A stretch of DNA of 64,000 nucleotides from contig CAXULY010000011.1 in NCBI GenBank assembly GCA_964252075.1, forward strand, positions 63,548-127,547, written 5' to 3'. Shown one piece after another: positions 19,589 to 29,522 of this stretch (position 1 is its first letter; each line of letters begins with the position of its first letter). The notes under the pieces are model-generated. The model saw only the letters and a program-made list of their open reading frames with translations. It was not told the DNA's origin and did not search any database. A program made the translations under genes and the position numbers. The stretch comes from an uncultured Deinococcaceae bacterium. Lineage in GTDB: Bacteria; Deinococcota; Deinococci; Deinococcales; Deinococcaceae.

Positions 19589-20836
19589 ATGAAACGATGG
19601 CCGCTGCTCGCCCTTGTCACCGTTGCCCTTGCCGCCTGCGGACAGCAGACCACAGGTCCTACCGCCCCCAGCTACGACGATGTGGCCGGCGCCTGGAGCT
19701 TAACTCCGTCCCTCGGCGCGCAGTCGCTCGGCGCGGACGTGAACACCCTGAATTACGAGAAGGCGCTGGTCGCCACATCGGCCTGGGGAGCCATCGAGGT
19801 GAACCGCAGCAACGGTGAACAGGGCAGCGGGGATGGAAAGGCCCTCACCCTGAACGGAATGGTGTACCCAAAAGGTCACGGCGTACATGCCCCCAGCGAG
19901 CTGAAGTACAGCCTCGCCGGTTCCGACAGCGCGCAGTGCGTGCGCTTCAAGGCACAGGTGGGCGTTGATGACGAGGTAGGCGCCAAAGGCAGCGTGATCT
20001 TCCAGGTCTGGGGGGACAACACCAAGCTCTTCGACTCTGGCGTCATGACGGGTAGCAGCGGCACCCAGCACATCAGTGTGGACCTGCGCGGGAAGAGCAC
20101 CATCCGTCTCGTGGCGACGGACGCCGGGAACGGTAAGAGCTACGATCACGCGGACTGGATCAACCCCACCATCACCTGCGTGCCCGACATCAGCATCAAC
20201 GTGCCCAACCAGACCAGCGGGTATCAGGACCAGCACGGCAGCGTTTCCTTCACCCTCCTGAACAGAAGCAGGCAGTTCCGTGGAAACCTGACCTTCACCA
20301 CCTCCGGTGGTCACCTTGCCGCTGACCCCAGGACCGTGCGGGTGACCGGCGCCGGCGCGTTCCCGCAGGCGCTCAACGCCTATGTGCAGCCGTTCGCTGA
20401 GCCGGAGACGGAACTGCCGGACGAAGTCGTGGTGTCCTACCAGGGGGAGGTCATCACGTCGGCGCCGCTGCGCGTCTTCGCGAAGGAGACCGTCTGCATC
20501 CTTGACCTTCCCGATCAGGTGGTGGAACTGCCGTCCGGCGGGACAACCACCATCCAGGCTCACCTCCAGCCCTCACCCGTGGGTGAACGGGTGGGCTGCA
20601 GCCTGTACGTCTTTGGGCAGGAGAACGGGTCGGGTCCCGTCTGGTACACGGTCAGTGGGGGCGCAGACGTCCCGCGGGAGGGCGGAACACTCACCATCAC
20701 GGTCAGGGCCGGGCGCGTGCCCGGTCAGGGTGAGGTCACGGCGTTCCTCGCGCATTACTCCACGGTTGAATCGATCTTCAACCATGGTGACCCCGGCAGC
20801 CAGGAGGGCGATCTCCGGGTGAGGTTCGTGCCCTGA
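19589..20836 (+). CDS. Lipoprotein with NPCBM/NEW2 carbohydrate-binding domain and beta-rich C-terminal domains
   Basis: Lipobox LAAC; WGAIEVNRSNGE, YPKGHGVHAPSEL, FKAQVGVDDE, YDHADW; RBS GGAGG. Confidence 0.88.
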   Translation: MKRWPLLALVTVALAACGQQTTGPTAPSYDDVAGAWSLTPSLGAQSLGADVNTLNYEKALVATSAWGAIEVNRSNGEQGSGDGKALTLNGMVYPKGHGVHAPSELKYSLAGSDSAQCVRFKAQVGVDDEVGAKGSVIFQVWGDNTKLFDSGVMTGSSGTQHISVDLRGKSTIRLVATDAGNGKSYDHADWINPTITCVPDISINVPNQTSGYQDQHGSVSFTLLNRSRQFRGNLTFTTSGGHLAADPRTVRVTGAGAFPQALNAYVQPFAEPETELPDEVVVSYQGEVITSAPLRVFAKETVCILDLPDQVVELPSGGTTTIQAHLQPSPVGERVGCSLYVFGQENGSGPVWYTVSGGADVPREGGTLTITVRAGRVPGQGEVTAFLAHYSTVESIFNHGDPGSQEGDLRVRFVP

Positions 20837-21070
20837 GGCGGGGTGGGTGTGCGCGCACCTCGCCACATCCACCTTGAGCTGCCTGCACCCGCGCACCGGC
20901 CGGTGCCGTCGAGAATTTGGCCTTCCTGCGGTCGCACGCATCTCGGGGCGCTGCCCTGGAGGGGGCCTTGCGCGGTCCTTTCCCTGGGCGTCCTCGCGCA
21001 CCGTGTCGCCGTGCGATGATCGGTCCATGTCCATCAGGCTTCCTTCTGTTCACTCCTGGCGTGGGGCCGC

Positions 21071-21850
21071 GTGAAGCTCGCGACCTGGAACGTAAACTCA
21101 TTGAATGTGCGGCTGCAGCAGGTGCTCGACTGGCTGGCTGTGGAGGAACCGGACGTGCTCGCCCTCCAGGAAACCAAGATGGAGGACGCCCGCTTCCCCG
21201 CCGCCGCGTTCGAGGCCATTGGGTACCACGCGGTGCACTCGGGCCAGAAGACGTACAACGGCGTCGCCCTGCTGGCCAGACGCCCGTTGCAGGAGGTCCA
21301 GGTGGGCATTCCGGGCTTCCTGGACGAGCAGCGCCGCGCCCTGGCGGCGACGGTTGCGGGCGTGCGCGTGGTGTGCCTGTACGTGCCGAACGGACAGGCG
21401 GTGGGGTCCGAGAAGTACCGCTACAAGCTGGGCTGGATGGAGGCCGCTCGCGCGTGGCTGCAGGACGAGCGGGCCGCGCACGCCCAGCTCGCGGTGGTCG
21501 GAGATTTCAATGTGGCGCCCGAAGACCGTGACGTGCACAGCCCGACGCGCTGGGCCGGGCAGGTGCTGGTGAGCGCACCGGAACGCGCGGCCTTTCAGGC
21601 GCTGCTGGATGCTGGGTTGCGTGACGCGTTCAGGCTCATGGATCAACCGGAGCGGGTGTTCAGCTGGTGGCCGTATGGGCGCCTGGGCTTTCCGCGCAAC
21701 TGGGGCCTGCGGATTGATCATGTGCTGGTGTCGGATGCGCTGGCGGCCGCGTGTCGGTCGTGCGCGGTGGACCGCGGCCCGCGCGGTCTGGAGCGGCCCT
21801 CCGATCATGCGCCCGTGATCGCCACATTCGATCTACCGGGGAACAACTGA
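21071..21850 (+). CDS. xth: Exodeoxyribonuclease III (AP endonuclease)
   Basis: [39 protein letters not shown]. Confidence 0.95.
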   Translation: MKLATWNVNSLNVRLQQVLDWLAVEEPDVLALQETKMEDARFPAAAFEAIGYHAVHSGQKTYNGVALLARRPLQEVQVGIPGFLDEQRRALAATVAGVRVVCLYVPNGQAVGSEKYRYKLGWMEAARAWLQDERAAHAQLAVVGDFNVAPEDRDVHSPTRWAGQVLVSAPERAAFQALLDAGLRDAFRLMDQPERVFSWWPYGRLGFPRNWGLRIDHVLVSDALAAACRSCAVDRGPRGLERPSDHAPVIATFDLPGNN

Positions 21851-22715
21851 AGCGCGGGCCGCTGTGACGTTCGCGCGGCGTGGCTGTGCCTGCGCTCCGC
21901 CCAAATGGATTCGGGAGCTGGCTGCTCAGTCCCTAAGGCTGCCGCCTCATGCCGCTCCAGCCTGCTGACCATCGTCGCGCCGGACAGCGGATACCTCACG
22001 TGGACGAAGTGGGGGCAGGGCTCGGTGGGTCCGCTGGTGCCGGGGGTAGACCTACTGCCAAGGCAGCACCAGATGCGCGCATTGTTCACGCCGATAAGGC
22101 GCTGAAACCATATTCACTGGTGACATGTGGTCTCCTCTCCGCTAAGGCGAATATATACATTCCAGTTTTGGGACGGCGGTTCAGTACATTGCCTTGCTTC
22201 AGCATATGCATCAGCGAGCCCCATCATTTACAGCCTCATGGAGCGCCACGCCAGTCTTTCAGGGGCACCGATGATTGAACCGAGACGCTTTTACCTCGAG
22301 ATTGGTAACTTCAAGATGCGGTGGGCAAGCACCATATGCTAGCTGCATAGGTTCAGACCCTATCTGACGAGGTGTTCAACTGGTCTGCACTTTGCCGGCA
22401 CGTCGGCAAACGCTCAGCAGCTTCGTCCTTCAGGGAAGGGCCTGCTCACCAACGCATTTAGATAGAGGTGCTGAATCTCCCTCTTTTTGTATATATTCAG
22501 GTCTATCATACCTATCGGTGAGGCCCAATCGGCAGTCACGGCAGACAGTGGTTAGAGCGTTTTTACTTCCAAGTCCAACTCGATTGCCACTTCAAATAAA
22601 ATGACTGCACAGCAAGGCCAGGAAGGGCCCTCCAAAAAGTCTTGAAGGGTATTAGCCATGGCAGCAAAATAGGCCCTTTGAGATATGCCTCAGCACCAGG
22701 CTTAAGGCGAGACCG

Positions 22716-22743
22716 ATTGTCACTAAAACACCTTAGTGACAAT
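22716..22743. other. Perfect 11-6-11 inverted repeat, putative tyrosine recombinase core site (dif/lox-like)
   Basis: ATTGTCACTAA-AACACC-TTAGTGACAAT; arms are exact reverse complements; ends 28 bp before the recombinase start. Confidence 0.75.
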
Positions 22744-22771
22744 GCTTGAGTCAAACGTATATGCTGCAATC

Positions 22772-23734
22772 GTGACGGACCCTGCCGACGCCACAGTGGC
22801 TCTCGACCTGCGCCGCGCGCCCCTCGACCTCACGCACCTGACCGACCAGGCGCTGCGGGTGCGCGCCATTGAGGCCGCACGCGACTATGACGCCGCGCGC
22901 CTCGTGGACCTCCTCAGTGCGTACCTCCTCACCGCGAGCCGCAAGGGCGCGCGCAGCAGCGCCCGCACCCAGGAGGCCTACGCCCTCGCCGTCCGGCAGT
23001 TCGTGCCATGGGCGCACGCAAATGGGGTGAACCTCCTCCGGCCCGGGCGGCGGGACGGCGGGCGCTTCCTGCTGCACCTTCAGACCCGCGCGAACGGGGC
23101 CCGGGGGCGGCGGGGACCGCTGTCCGCCAGTACCATCGCCGCCTACCTCGCGGGCGGGCGCGCGCTGTACCGCGCCCTGCGCTGGGCGGGCGCCACCGAA
23201 GCGCAGCCCTTCGAGGACGTGCACGCCGCGCCGGACCCCACGCCCGGCATCGTGAAGCGCCCCCCCTACCACGATGAGCTGGAGGTGGTGCTGGCCGCCA
23301 CCACCGACCCGCAGGTCCGGGCGCTGCTGCTGCTGTGCGCGCACGCCGGGCTCCGCATCAGTGAGGCGCTCGCGGTGACGCCGCAGGACCTGACGGGCAC
23401 GTCCCTGCGGGTGCGCGGCAAGGGCGGGAAGCAGCGCGTGGTGCCGCTCAGCGCCCGCACCCGCGCCGCGCTCTCGGCGCTAAACTCGCCGTCCTTCGGG
23501 TGGACGTACCGGCAGGCAGCGTACCGCATGCAGCTGGCGTTCCGCGCCGCCGGGGTGGGCGAGCACTGGCGGGGCTTCCACGCGGCCCGCAAGCACAGCG
23601 GCACGCGCCTGTACCAGCGCACGAGGGACTTCACGCGCGTGAGCCTGTTCCTCGGGCACAGCAGTGTGGACACCACCCGCCGGTACGTCGCCGTCAGTGA
23701 TCATGACCTCGCCGCGGAGGTCGAGGACCTCTGA
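22772..23734 (+). CDS. Tyrosine recombinase (Xer/integrase family)
   Basis: Complete catalytic set: HAGLRISE (R), VRGKGGK (K), FHAARK (HxxR), LGHSS (H), TRRY (Y). Leaderless start TATGCT-N6-GTG at 22772 (ORF track starts 22736). Confidence 0.93.
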   Translation: MTDPADATVALDLRRAPLDLTHLTDQALRVRAIEAARDYDAARLVDLLSAYLLTASRKGARSSARTQEAYALAVRQFVPWAHANGVNLLRPGRRDGGRFLLHLQTRANGARGRRGPLSASTIAAYLAGGRALYRALRWAGATEAQPFEDVHAAPDPTPGIVKRPPYHDELEVVLAATTDPQVRALLLLCAHAGLRISEALAVTPQDLTGTSLRVRGKGGKQRVVPLSARTRAALSALNSPSFGWTYRQAAYRMQLAFRAAGVGEHWRGFHAARKHSGTRLYQRTRDFTRVSLFLGHSSVDTTRRYVAVSDHDLAAEVEDL

Positions 23735-23928
23735 CGTGGAGGAATGGCAAAGCGCCGCACACGGGTGCGTGGTGTGCGCCAGAAGGCGCCGATGAGCGGC
23801 CCGATGCCTTGTGATGAGGCATGGGCTCAGCTGTGGCTGGGCTGCCCATTGCCGAGCTGGCCCCTCTCAAGGTCACTGGATCTCCAAACACGTCATCCCC
23901 TGTCGCTTTCCAGCGGTACCGTCACGGC

Positions 23929-24333
23929 ATGAAGGCCACCGGAACCTTTCGCACCCATCACTTCACGCCCACGCAGGTCACCCTGGTGCCCCACATCGAG
24001 ACGGCCTTACCGAGCGGCGTCTCCACCATGGAGAAAACGTACGAGGGTGAGCTCTCCGGCCGGTCTGCCACCCTGTTCACCGCGGCCTTCGATCCCGCAC
24101 GGGGGATCGGCACGTACATCGCGCTGGAGGCCTTCGAGGGCGCGCTCCTCGGGCGCGAGGGCGCGTTCAACTTCATTCACTCCGCGTCGACGCAGGGTCA
24201 GGACCGGACGGGTGAGTACTTCGCCATCGTCCCGGGGAGCGGCACGCGTGGGTTAGAGGGCATCCGCGGCACAGGGGGACTATCCGTCGAGGGGGATGGA
24301 ACGCACCGCATCTGGTTCGAATTCGAGCTCTGA
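23929..24333 (+). CDS. DUF3224 domain protein
   Basis: KTYEGELSG, YIALEAFEG-L-GREGAF, IVPGSGT-GLEGIRGTG; TACCGT-N6-ATG. Confidence 0.8.
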   Translation: MKATGTFRTHHFTPTQVTLVPHIETALPSGVSTMEKTYEGELSGRSATLFTAAFDPARGIGTYIALEAFEGALLGREGAFNFIHSASTQGQDRTGEYFAIVPGSGTRGLEGIRGTGGLSVEGDGTHRIWFEFEL

Positions 24334-24408
24334 GAACGTAGGCTCGACCATGCCCTGGCGGGCGGTGGAAGGCGCGTTGGGGCAGCACATCCACTCCACG
24401 CCCCGCCC

Positions 24409-25110
24409 TCACGTTCGCGGCGGGCTTCCGGACAGGGACACCTGCGCACGCATGTCGCGCACCAGTTCGGGGTCGGTCTCCGGCGACGCCGCGACGTCGC
24501 GGTGGGCCGCGAAGTGAATTTCGGACAGGGGCGCGGCGCTCAGCACCTCGCGGACGTTCCAGGGCCGCAACCCCCCGCAGCCCAGGATCGTGATGCGGTC
24601 GCCCGCGTGCGCGATCAGGTCGCGCAGCATCCCCTTGCCCTGCACCGCGGACGCCTGCTGCCCGGCGGTCAGGATGCGCTGCACGCCGAGCTCCGCGAGG
24701 AGGTCCACGGCGTCGAAGGGACGCGGCACCTCATCGAAGGCGCGGTGGAAGGTCACGCTGAGTGGCCTTGCGGCGGCCATCAGGGCGCCCAGCTGCGCCC
24801 GCTCGGGGTGGTGATCGGCGCCGAGGCAGCCAATCACGGCGCCCGCCGCGCCCGCCTCACGCACGGCGCTCAGGTCCTCGAGCATCACGGCTTGTTCCTC
24901 GTCGGTGTACACGAAGTTCCCGCGGCGCGGGCGGATCAGCACGTGAACGGGGACGCGCGCCACGGCGAGCGCCCGGCGCACCGTCCCGATGCTGGGCGTG
25001 AGGCCCCCTTCCGGGAGGGCCGCGCACAGCTCCACGCGGTCCGCTCCGTTCGCCTGCGCGACCAGGAGGCCCGGCACGTCCTCCACGCACACCTCGATGA
25101 GGGGCCTCAC
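24409..25110 (-). CDS. cutC: CutC family protein
   Basis: IEVCVE, ADRVELC, GGLTPS, LIRPRRGNF, TFHRAFD, RILTAG; GTG overlaps the M81 stop. Confidence 0.92.
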   Translation of the reverse strand: MRPLIEVCVEDVPGLLVAQANGADRVELCAALPEGGLTPSIGTVRRALAVARVPVHVLIRPRRGNFVYTDEEQAVMLEDLSAVREAGAAGAVIGCLGADHHPERAQLGALMAAARPLSVTFHRAFDEVPRPFDAVDLLAELGVQRILTAGQQASAVQGKGMLRDLIAHAGDRITILGCGGLRPWNVREVLSAAPLSEIHFAAHRDVAASPETDPELVRDMRAQVSLSGSPPRT

Positions 25111-26540
25111 CGTTCGCCGCGCGCGGAGAGGTGCGGGGCCGGCGTCCACTCGAAGGCGTCGTCCCACGGGAAGGTCGGTCGGTGGATGCGCTGGCGGGGC
25201 AGGCTCGATATGTCCTGGTTGATGACACCGTCCGAGAGCGCCATCAGGTTGGGGTTCGCGAGCGGCGCCAGTTCGGGCGAGAGGTACCCGGACTTCACGA
25301 CCACCGTGTGAAAGTCCTTCGGGTGCAGGTCGAGGCGCGTGAAGTCGCGCAGGTCGTGGTAGGGCCGCCGCCGCTCGGCGAGGACCAACGTGACGCCCGC
25401 GCCGCGCACCACCGCCTGGCGGTTCTCGCTGTCGTCCAGGCGCAGCACCTCGCCGCTGAAGGGCACGCGCTCGCCCGCCGGGTCGAGGCTGCCACCGACC
25501 GTCAGCTGCACGGCCGCGCCCTCGCCCGCCTCGAAGCACGCCTGCACGGCGGGCGCGTCGGTGATGCCCGCGCACAGCACGTCCCGCGCGCCCTGGCGCA
25601 GCACCTCCGCGAGGACGTCCCCGCGGTCCCCGACGCCGCCGCCCGTGGGGTTGTCGCCGGAGTCCGCGAGGATCACCGGGCGGGTGGGGCTGTCCGTCGC
25701 CCAGCGCACGCACTCCGCGATGGTGCCCACCCGGGAGCCGAACTGGAAGGCGTGCCGGGCGTCCCAGTAGCGCCGCGCGAGCTCGGCGGTCCGCTGAAGC
25801 TGCTCCGCGCGCGGCAGGCCGTGCGCGGTGATGACGGCGCTCGCGGTGGCGCGCGGCTCGTCGGCCCACACGTACCCCACGAACAGCGCGGCCTCCAGCA
25901 CGCCGGGCCGCGCGTCCTCGTCGGGGAGCGCGGCGTACAGGGAGCGCGCGGGTTCGTCCTCGGTGCTGGTGCGCTCGCCGGGCAGCAGCACGGGCACCGG
26001 GCACCAGCTCACGGTGGGCCGCAGGCCCTCGCGCAGGCAGCGGCTGAGCATCTCGAACGCGCGCCGCTGCGTCTGCTCCACGTCAATGTGCGGGGCGGTG
26101 CGGTAGTTCGTGAGGCCGTCCAGCGCGTCCACGCTGCGGCGGCTCAGGTTGCCGTGCAGGTCGAAGCTCGCCACCAGCAGGCAGTCGTCCCCCACCACCT
26201 GCCGGGCGCCCACAATCCAGTCGCCCTCGGCGTCCTCCAGGCCCTCCACGAACATCGCGCCGTGCAGCGCGAGGTACACGCCGTCCAGCGGCAGGTGCGC
26301 GCGCAGGCCATCCAGGAACTCCGCCTTGAGCGCGTCGTAGGCGTGGCGGGCGACGGGACCGCCGGGGATGGCGCGCGCGTGCAGCACCGGGAACAGGTCC
26401 TCGCTGGACGCGCGCAGCGCCGCGAAGTTCGGTTCGTCGAGGAGGGCCGCGCCGCGCGTGACGCGGAAGTCCGTGAGCTGCGTCAGCACCGGGTTGGCCG
26501 TGCTGCACTCGATGTGGATGCCGCCGATGGCGATGCGCAT
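25107..26540 (-). CDS. M81 family metallopeptidase/amidohydrolase (MlrC-like)
   Basis: MRIAIGGIHIEC, LHGAM, DLHGN, YRTAPHID, DSGDNPTGG, VVKSGYL. Confidence 0.9.
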   Translation of the reverse strand: MRIAIGGIHIECSTANPVLTQLTDFRVTRGAALLDEPNFAALRASSEDLFPVLHARAIPGGPVARHAYDALKAEFLDGLRAHLPLDGVYLALHGAMFVEGLEDAEGDWIVGARQVVGDDCLLVASFDLHGNLSRRSVDALDGLTNYRTAPHIDVEQTQRRAFEMLSRCLREGLRPTVSWCPVPVLLPGERTSTEDEPARSLYAALPDEDARPGVLEAALFVGYVWADEPRATASAVITAHGLPRAEQLQRTAELARRYWDARHAFQFGSRVGTIAECVRWATDSPTRPVILADSGDNPTGGGVGDRGDVLAEVLRQGARDVLCAGITDAPAVQACFEAGEGAAVQLTVGGSLDPAGERVPFSGEVLRLDDSENRQAVVRGAGVTLVLAERRRPYHDLRDFTRLDLHPKDFHTVVVKSGYLSPELAPLANPNLMALSDGVINQDISSLPRQRIHRPTFPWDDAFEWTPAPHLSARGER

Positions 26541-26566
26541 GTTGTCTCCTTCTCGTGGGTGGGCGG

Positions 26567-27781
26567 TCACTGGCCCACGGTGGCGAAGAACCGCTGGGCG
26601 GCCACGCTCGCCGCACCGCGCGCCCAGAAGTCCTCCGTGACACGGTGCATCTCGATGCGGGTGCTGCTCAGCAGGCGCGGCAGGATGTGGTTCTCGATCG
26701 CCTGGCGCAGCTGCGTGAGGAACAGCTTGCCGCTGAAGCCCAGCAGGTCGGCGATCAGGATGAGTTCCGGGTCCTGACTCTGGATCACGTGCGACACGAC
26801 CAGCCCCAGCTCGATGCTGGCCTGACGGAGGAGGTCCTGCGCTGCGGGGTCGCCGCGCAGCGCGAGCTGTTCGAGTTCCGGTGCCGCCGTGAGGGTCAGG
26901 CCGCGCTCCTGCGCCCGCTCCAGCAGGGCGTTGCCGGAGGCGAGCGTGTCGAGGCAGCCGCGCTTGCCGCAGCGGCAGGGGCGGGCGTGCGGGCCGAGGT
27001 CCACGGTGCAGTGGGCGAGCTCCCCGGCGCCGCCGGTCGTGCCGCGGTACAGTTCGCCGTTCACGAAGTGCGCCCCGCCGACGCTCTCCCCGAGCGTGAC
27101 GAGCGTGAAGTTGCCGCTGTCGCGCGCCAGGCCGTAGAGCTTCTCGCTGATGGCGGCGGCCTTCGCGTCGTTCTCCAGGGTGGTGGTGAGGCCCGTCGCA
27201 CGCTGCACCACGTCCGCCACGGGCGCGTCGTACCAGCCGAGGTTCGCGGACTGCAGGCACACGCCGGAGTGCGGGTCCACGAACCCGGAGATCGCGAGGC
27301 CCAGCCCCAGCAGGCCCTGGCGCGGCACGCCGCTGCGCTGGCGCAGCTGTTCGACGCCCTCGGCGAGGTGCGCGCCGAGGCGCTCCACGTCGTCGGAGGA
27401 CGGGACGCTGAGCGTGCCGAGCGTGGTGCCGAGCAGGTCGGTGAGCACCAGGTGCGCCTGCTGCCCGGTGACGTGCGCGCCCACGCAGTGGCCGTACGCG
27501 CCGTTCAGTTCGAGGTTCACGGTGGGGCGGCCCTTGCCGCGCCGGCGCGCGTGCGCTTCCTCGGCCTCGCGGATCACGCCGAGTTCCAGGAGGGAGCGGC
27601 TGACCTCGGTGATGGTGGGGCGACTCAGGTCGAGGGTCGCGGCGAGGACCGAGCGGCTCGCGGGGCCGCCCTCCAGCAGCGCCCGGAGCAGCGCCGTGCC
27701 GGGCGTCGGGGGGGGCGCGCTCCGGCGGCGGGCGGGTGGGGGGTTCGGGTCGGCGGGGGTCCGCGGCTTGACGGGAGGCAT
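26567..27781 (-). CDS. ROK family transcriptional regulator (HTH + ROK)
   Basis: SRSVLA...LSRPT HTH, GRP, ENDAKAAA, AGELAH, CRCGKRGCL. Confidence 0.92.
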   Translation of the reverse strand: MPPVKPRTPADPNPPPARRRSAPPPTPGTALLRALLEGGPASRSVLAATLDLSRPTITEVSRSLLELGVIREAEEAHARRRGKGRPTVNLELNGAYGHCVGAHVTGQQAHLVLTDLLGTTLGTLSVPSSDDVERLGAHLAEGVEQLRQRSGVPRQGLLGLGLAISGFVDPHSGVCLQSANLGWYDAPVADVVQRATGLTTTLENDAKAAAISEKLYGLARDSGNFTLVTLGESVGGAHFVNGELYRGTTGGAGELAHCTVDLGPHARPCRCGKRGCLDTLASGNALLERAQERGLTLTAAPELEQLALRGDPAAQDLLRQASIELGLVVSHVIQSQDPELILIADLLGFSGKLFLTQLRQAIENHILPRLLSSTRIEMHRVTEDFWARGAASVAAQRFFATVGQ

Positions 27782-27868
27782 GCTTGTGCCTACTATAAAT
27801 TTCATTTCCGAACTAAATCAAGACGCGTTCAAGGTTCGCCCCGGTTTTGCCCGTTCAGCCGTCACCGA

Positions 27869-27895
27869 CTTAATTCGGGACTTTCCCGAAAAAAG
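27869..27895. promoter_or_regulatory. Putative ROK operator overlapping the RBS of the binding-protein gene
   Basis: CTT-aa-TTCGGGA-ctt-TCCCGAA-aa-AAG inverted repeat in a short AT-rich divergent intergenic region. Confidence 0.55.
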
Positions 27896-27904
27896 GAGAT
27901 CCTT

Positions 27905-29437
27905 ATGCAGAGCAAGCGTTCACCCCGCGGCGCCCTCCCCCTCCTGCTCCTCGCCCTGATCGGCGGCGCCGGCGCCCAGGGGGCGGGTTCGGTCCTGACC
28001 ATCATGCAGACGGAACCGCCGCGCAGCATGGACCCCGCCGACCAGACCGCCACGTACACCGCCAACATCCTCGACACCATGTACGAGGGCCTCGCGCGCT
28101 TCGATCAGAACCTGGAGGTGCAGCCCATGCTCGCCACGCGCTGGACCAGCAGCGCGGACGGCAAGACCTGGACCTTCACCCTGCGCCAGGGCGTCAAGTT
28201 CCAGGACGGCACCCCCATGAACGCCGCGGCGGTCGTGGCGTCCTTCCAGCGCCACCTCGACGAGAAGCGCGGCCTCGCCGCCAGCGGGCGCTTCCGCAAG
28301 GTAATCGCGAAGGTTAGCGCCAAGGACGCCAACACCGTGGTCTTCACGCTGAGCGCGCCGTACCCGGCGTTCCTGCGGCTGCTCAGCCAGACCAGCGCCG
28401 CCATCGTGAGCCCCACCGCCGACAAGAAAGGCACGCTGGGACGCATCCCGGTCGGCACGGGCCCCTACAAGTTCGTGGAGTGGAAGTCCGGCGAGTACGT
28501 CACCGAGCAGGCGAACCCCGCGTACTGGGGCAAGAAGCCCGCCCTGAGCGGCCTGAAGTGGCTGTGGTCGAGTGAACCGTCGGTGCTGAACCTCGCCATT
28601 CAGTCCGGTCAGGCGGACGTGGTGAACCCGCTGCCGCCCATCTTCGCGCAACCGCTCAAGAACAACCCGCAGGTCAGCCTCCTGCAGGGCAAGGCCGCCG
28701 CGGTGTTCTGGCTGTCGCTCAACACCAAACTCAAGCCGCTCGACCAGCTGCCGGTGCGTCAGGCGCTGAACTACGCCACCGACCGCCAGGCGCTGGTCAC
28801 CACCCTTCTGCGCGGGTACGGGCAGCCCGCCACCTCGCCCCTCGCCCCCGCCGACTTCGGGTACGACCCCGCCACCCCCGGCTACGCGTACGACGTGAAC
28901 AAAGCCAAGGCGCTGCTCAAGGCCGCCGGTTACCCGAACGGCGTGACCATCACCGTGGCCTCGCAGGAGCCGGACGCCAACATCGTGCAGGCCCTGCAGG
29001 GCATGTGGGCGAAGGCCGGCATCACCCTGAAGATCATGCAGATGGAAAGCGGCGTGTGGACGCAGGCGGCCTTCGGCACCCCCGCCGAGAAAGCCAAGGC
29101 GGGCATCAACAGCACCTTCGCCTCATGGTCCGCCAGCACCCTCGACGCCGACGGGCAGCTGTTCCCGCTGTACGCCACCGCCAGCTTCTCCCCCGCCAGC
29201 GCGAACCTGGGTTTCTACAGCAACGCCAAGGTGGACGCGCTCCTCGCGCAGGGCAGCCGCGAGACCGACAGCGCCAAACGCAAGACCATCTACGCGCAGG
29301 CGCAGCGCCTCATCGCGGCCGACGCCGCGCACGTGCTGCTGTACTACCCGACGGACATCGCGGCGGTGCGCAGCACCGTCAAGGGCGTGTGGATCTTCCC
29401 GGGCGGCGGCGTGCGGCTGGAGAACGCCAGCCGGTGA
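27905..29437 (+). CDS. Dpp/Opp family ABC substrate-binding protein
   Basis: Signal peptide, MDP, YEGL, PMLATRW, WTFTLRQGVKFQDG, PVGTGPY, VRQALNYA. Confidence 0.93.
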   Translation: MQSKRSPRGALPLLLLALIGGAGAQGAGSVLTIMQTEPPRSMDPADQTATYTANILDTMYEGLARFDQNLEVQPMLATRWTSSADGKTWTFTLRQGVKFQDGTPMNAAAVVASFQRHLDEKRGLAASGRFRKVIAKVSAKDANTVVFTLSAPYPAFLRLLSQTSAAIVSPTADKKGTLGRIPVGTGPYKFVEWKSGEYVTEQANPAYWGKKPALSGLKWLWSSEPSVLNLAIQSGQADVVNPLPPIFAQPLKNNPQVSLLQGKAAAVFWLSLNTKLKPLDQLPVRQALNYATDRQALVTTLLRGYGQPATSPLAPADFGYDPATPGYAYDVNKAKALLKAAGYPNGVTITVASQEPDANIVQALQGMWAKAGITLKIMQMESGVWTQAAFGTPAEKAKAGINSTFASWSASTLDADGQLFPLYATASFSPASANLGFYSNAKVDALLAQGSRETDSAKRKTIYAQAQRLIAADAAHVLLYYPTDIAAVRSTVKGVWIFPGGGVRLENASR

Positions 29438-29522
29438 GCGCCGCGGTCCGGGCGCGGCCGCGCCCGCCCCTGAACCGCCCTGACCGGGGGCCCCGGCCGC
29501 ACCCCCGCGCCCGAAGGTGCCC

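Noticed and set aside
22716..23734. Prophage, ICE or integron
   Set aside because: No phage or conjugation genes, no tRNA target, no IntI-type insertion noticed and no attC-like cassette repeats seen.
26555..27904. N-terminal extension making the binding protein 960 aa
   Set aside because: Antisense to the ROK regulator; RBS and signal peptide put the start at 27905.
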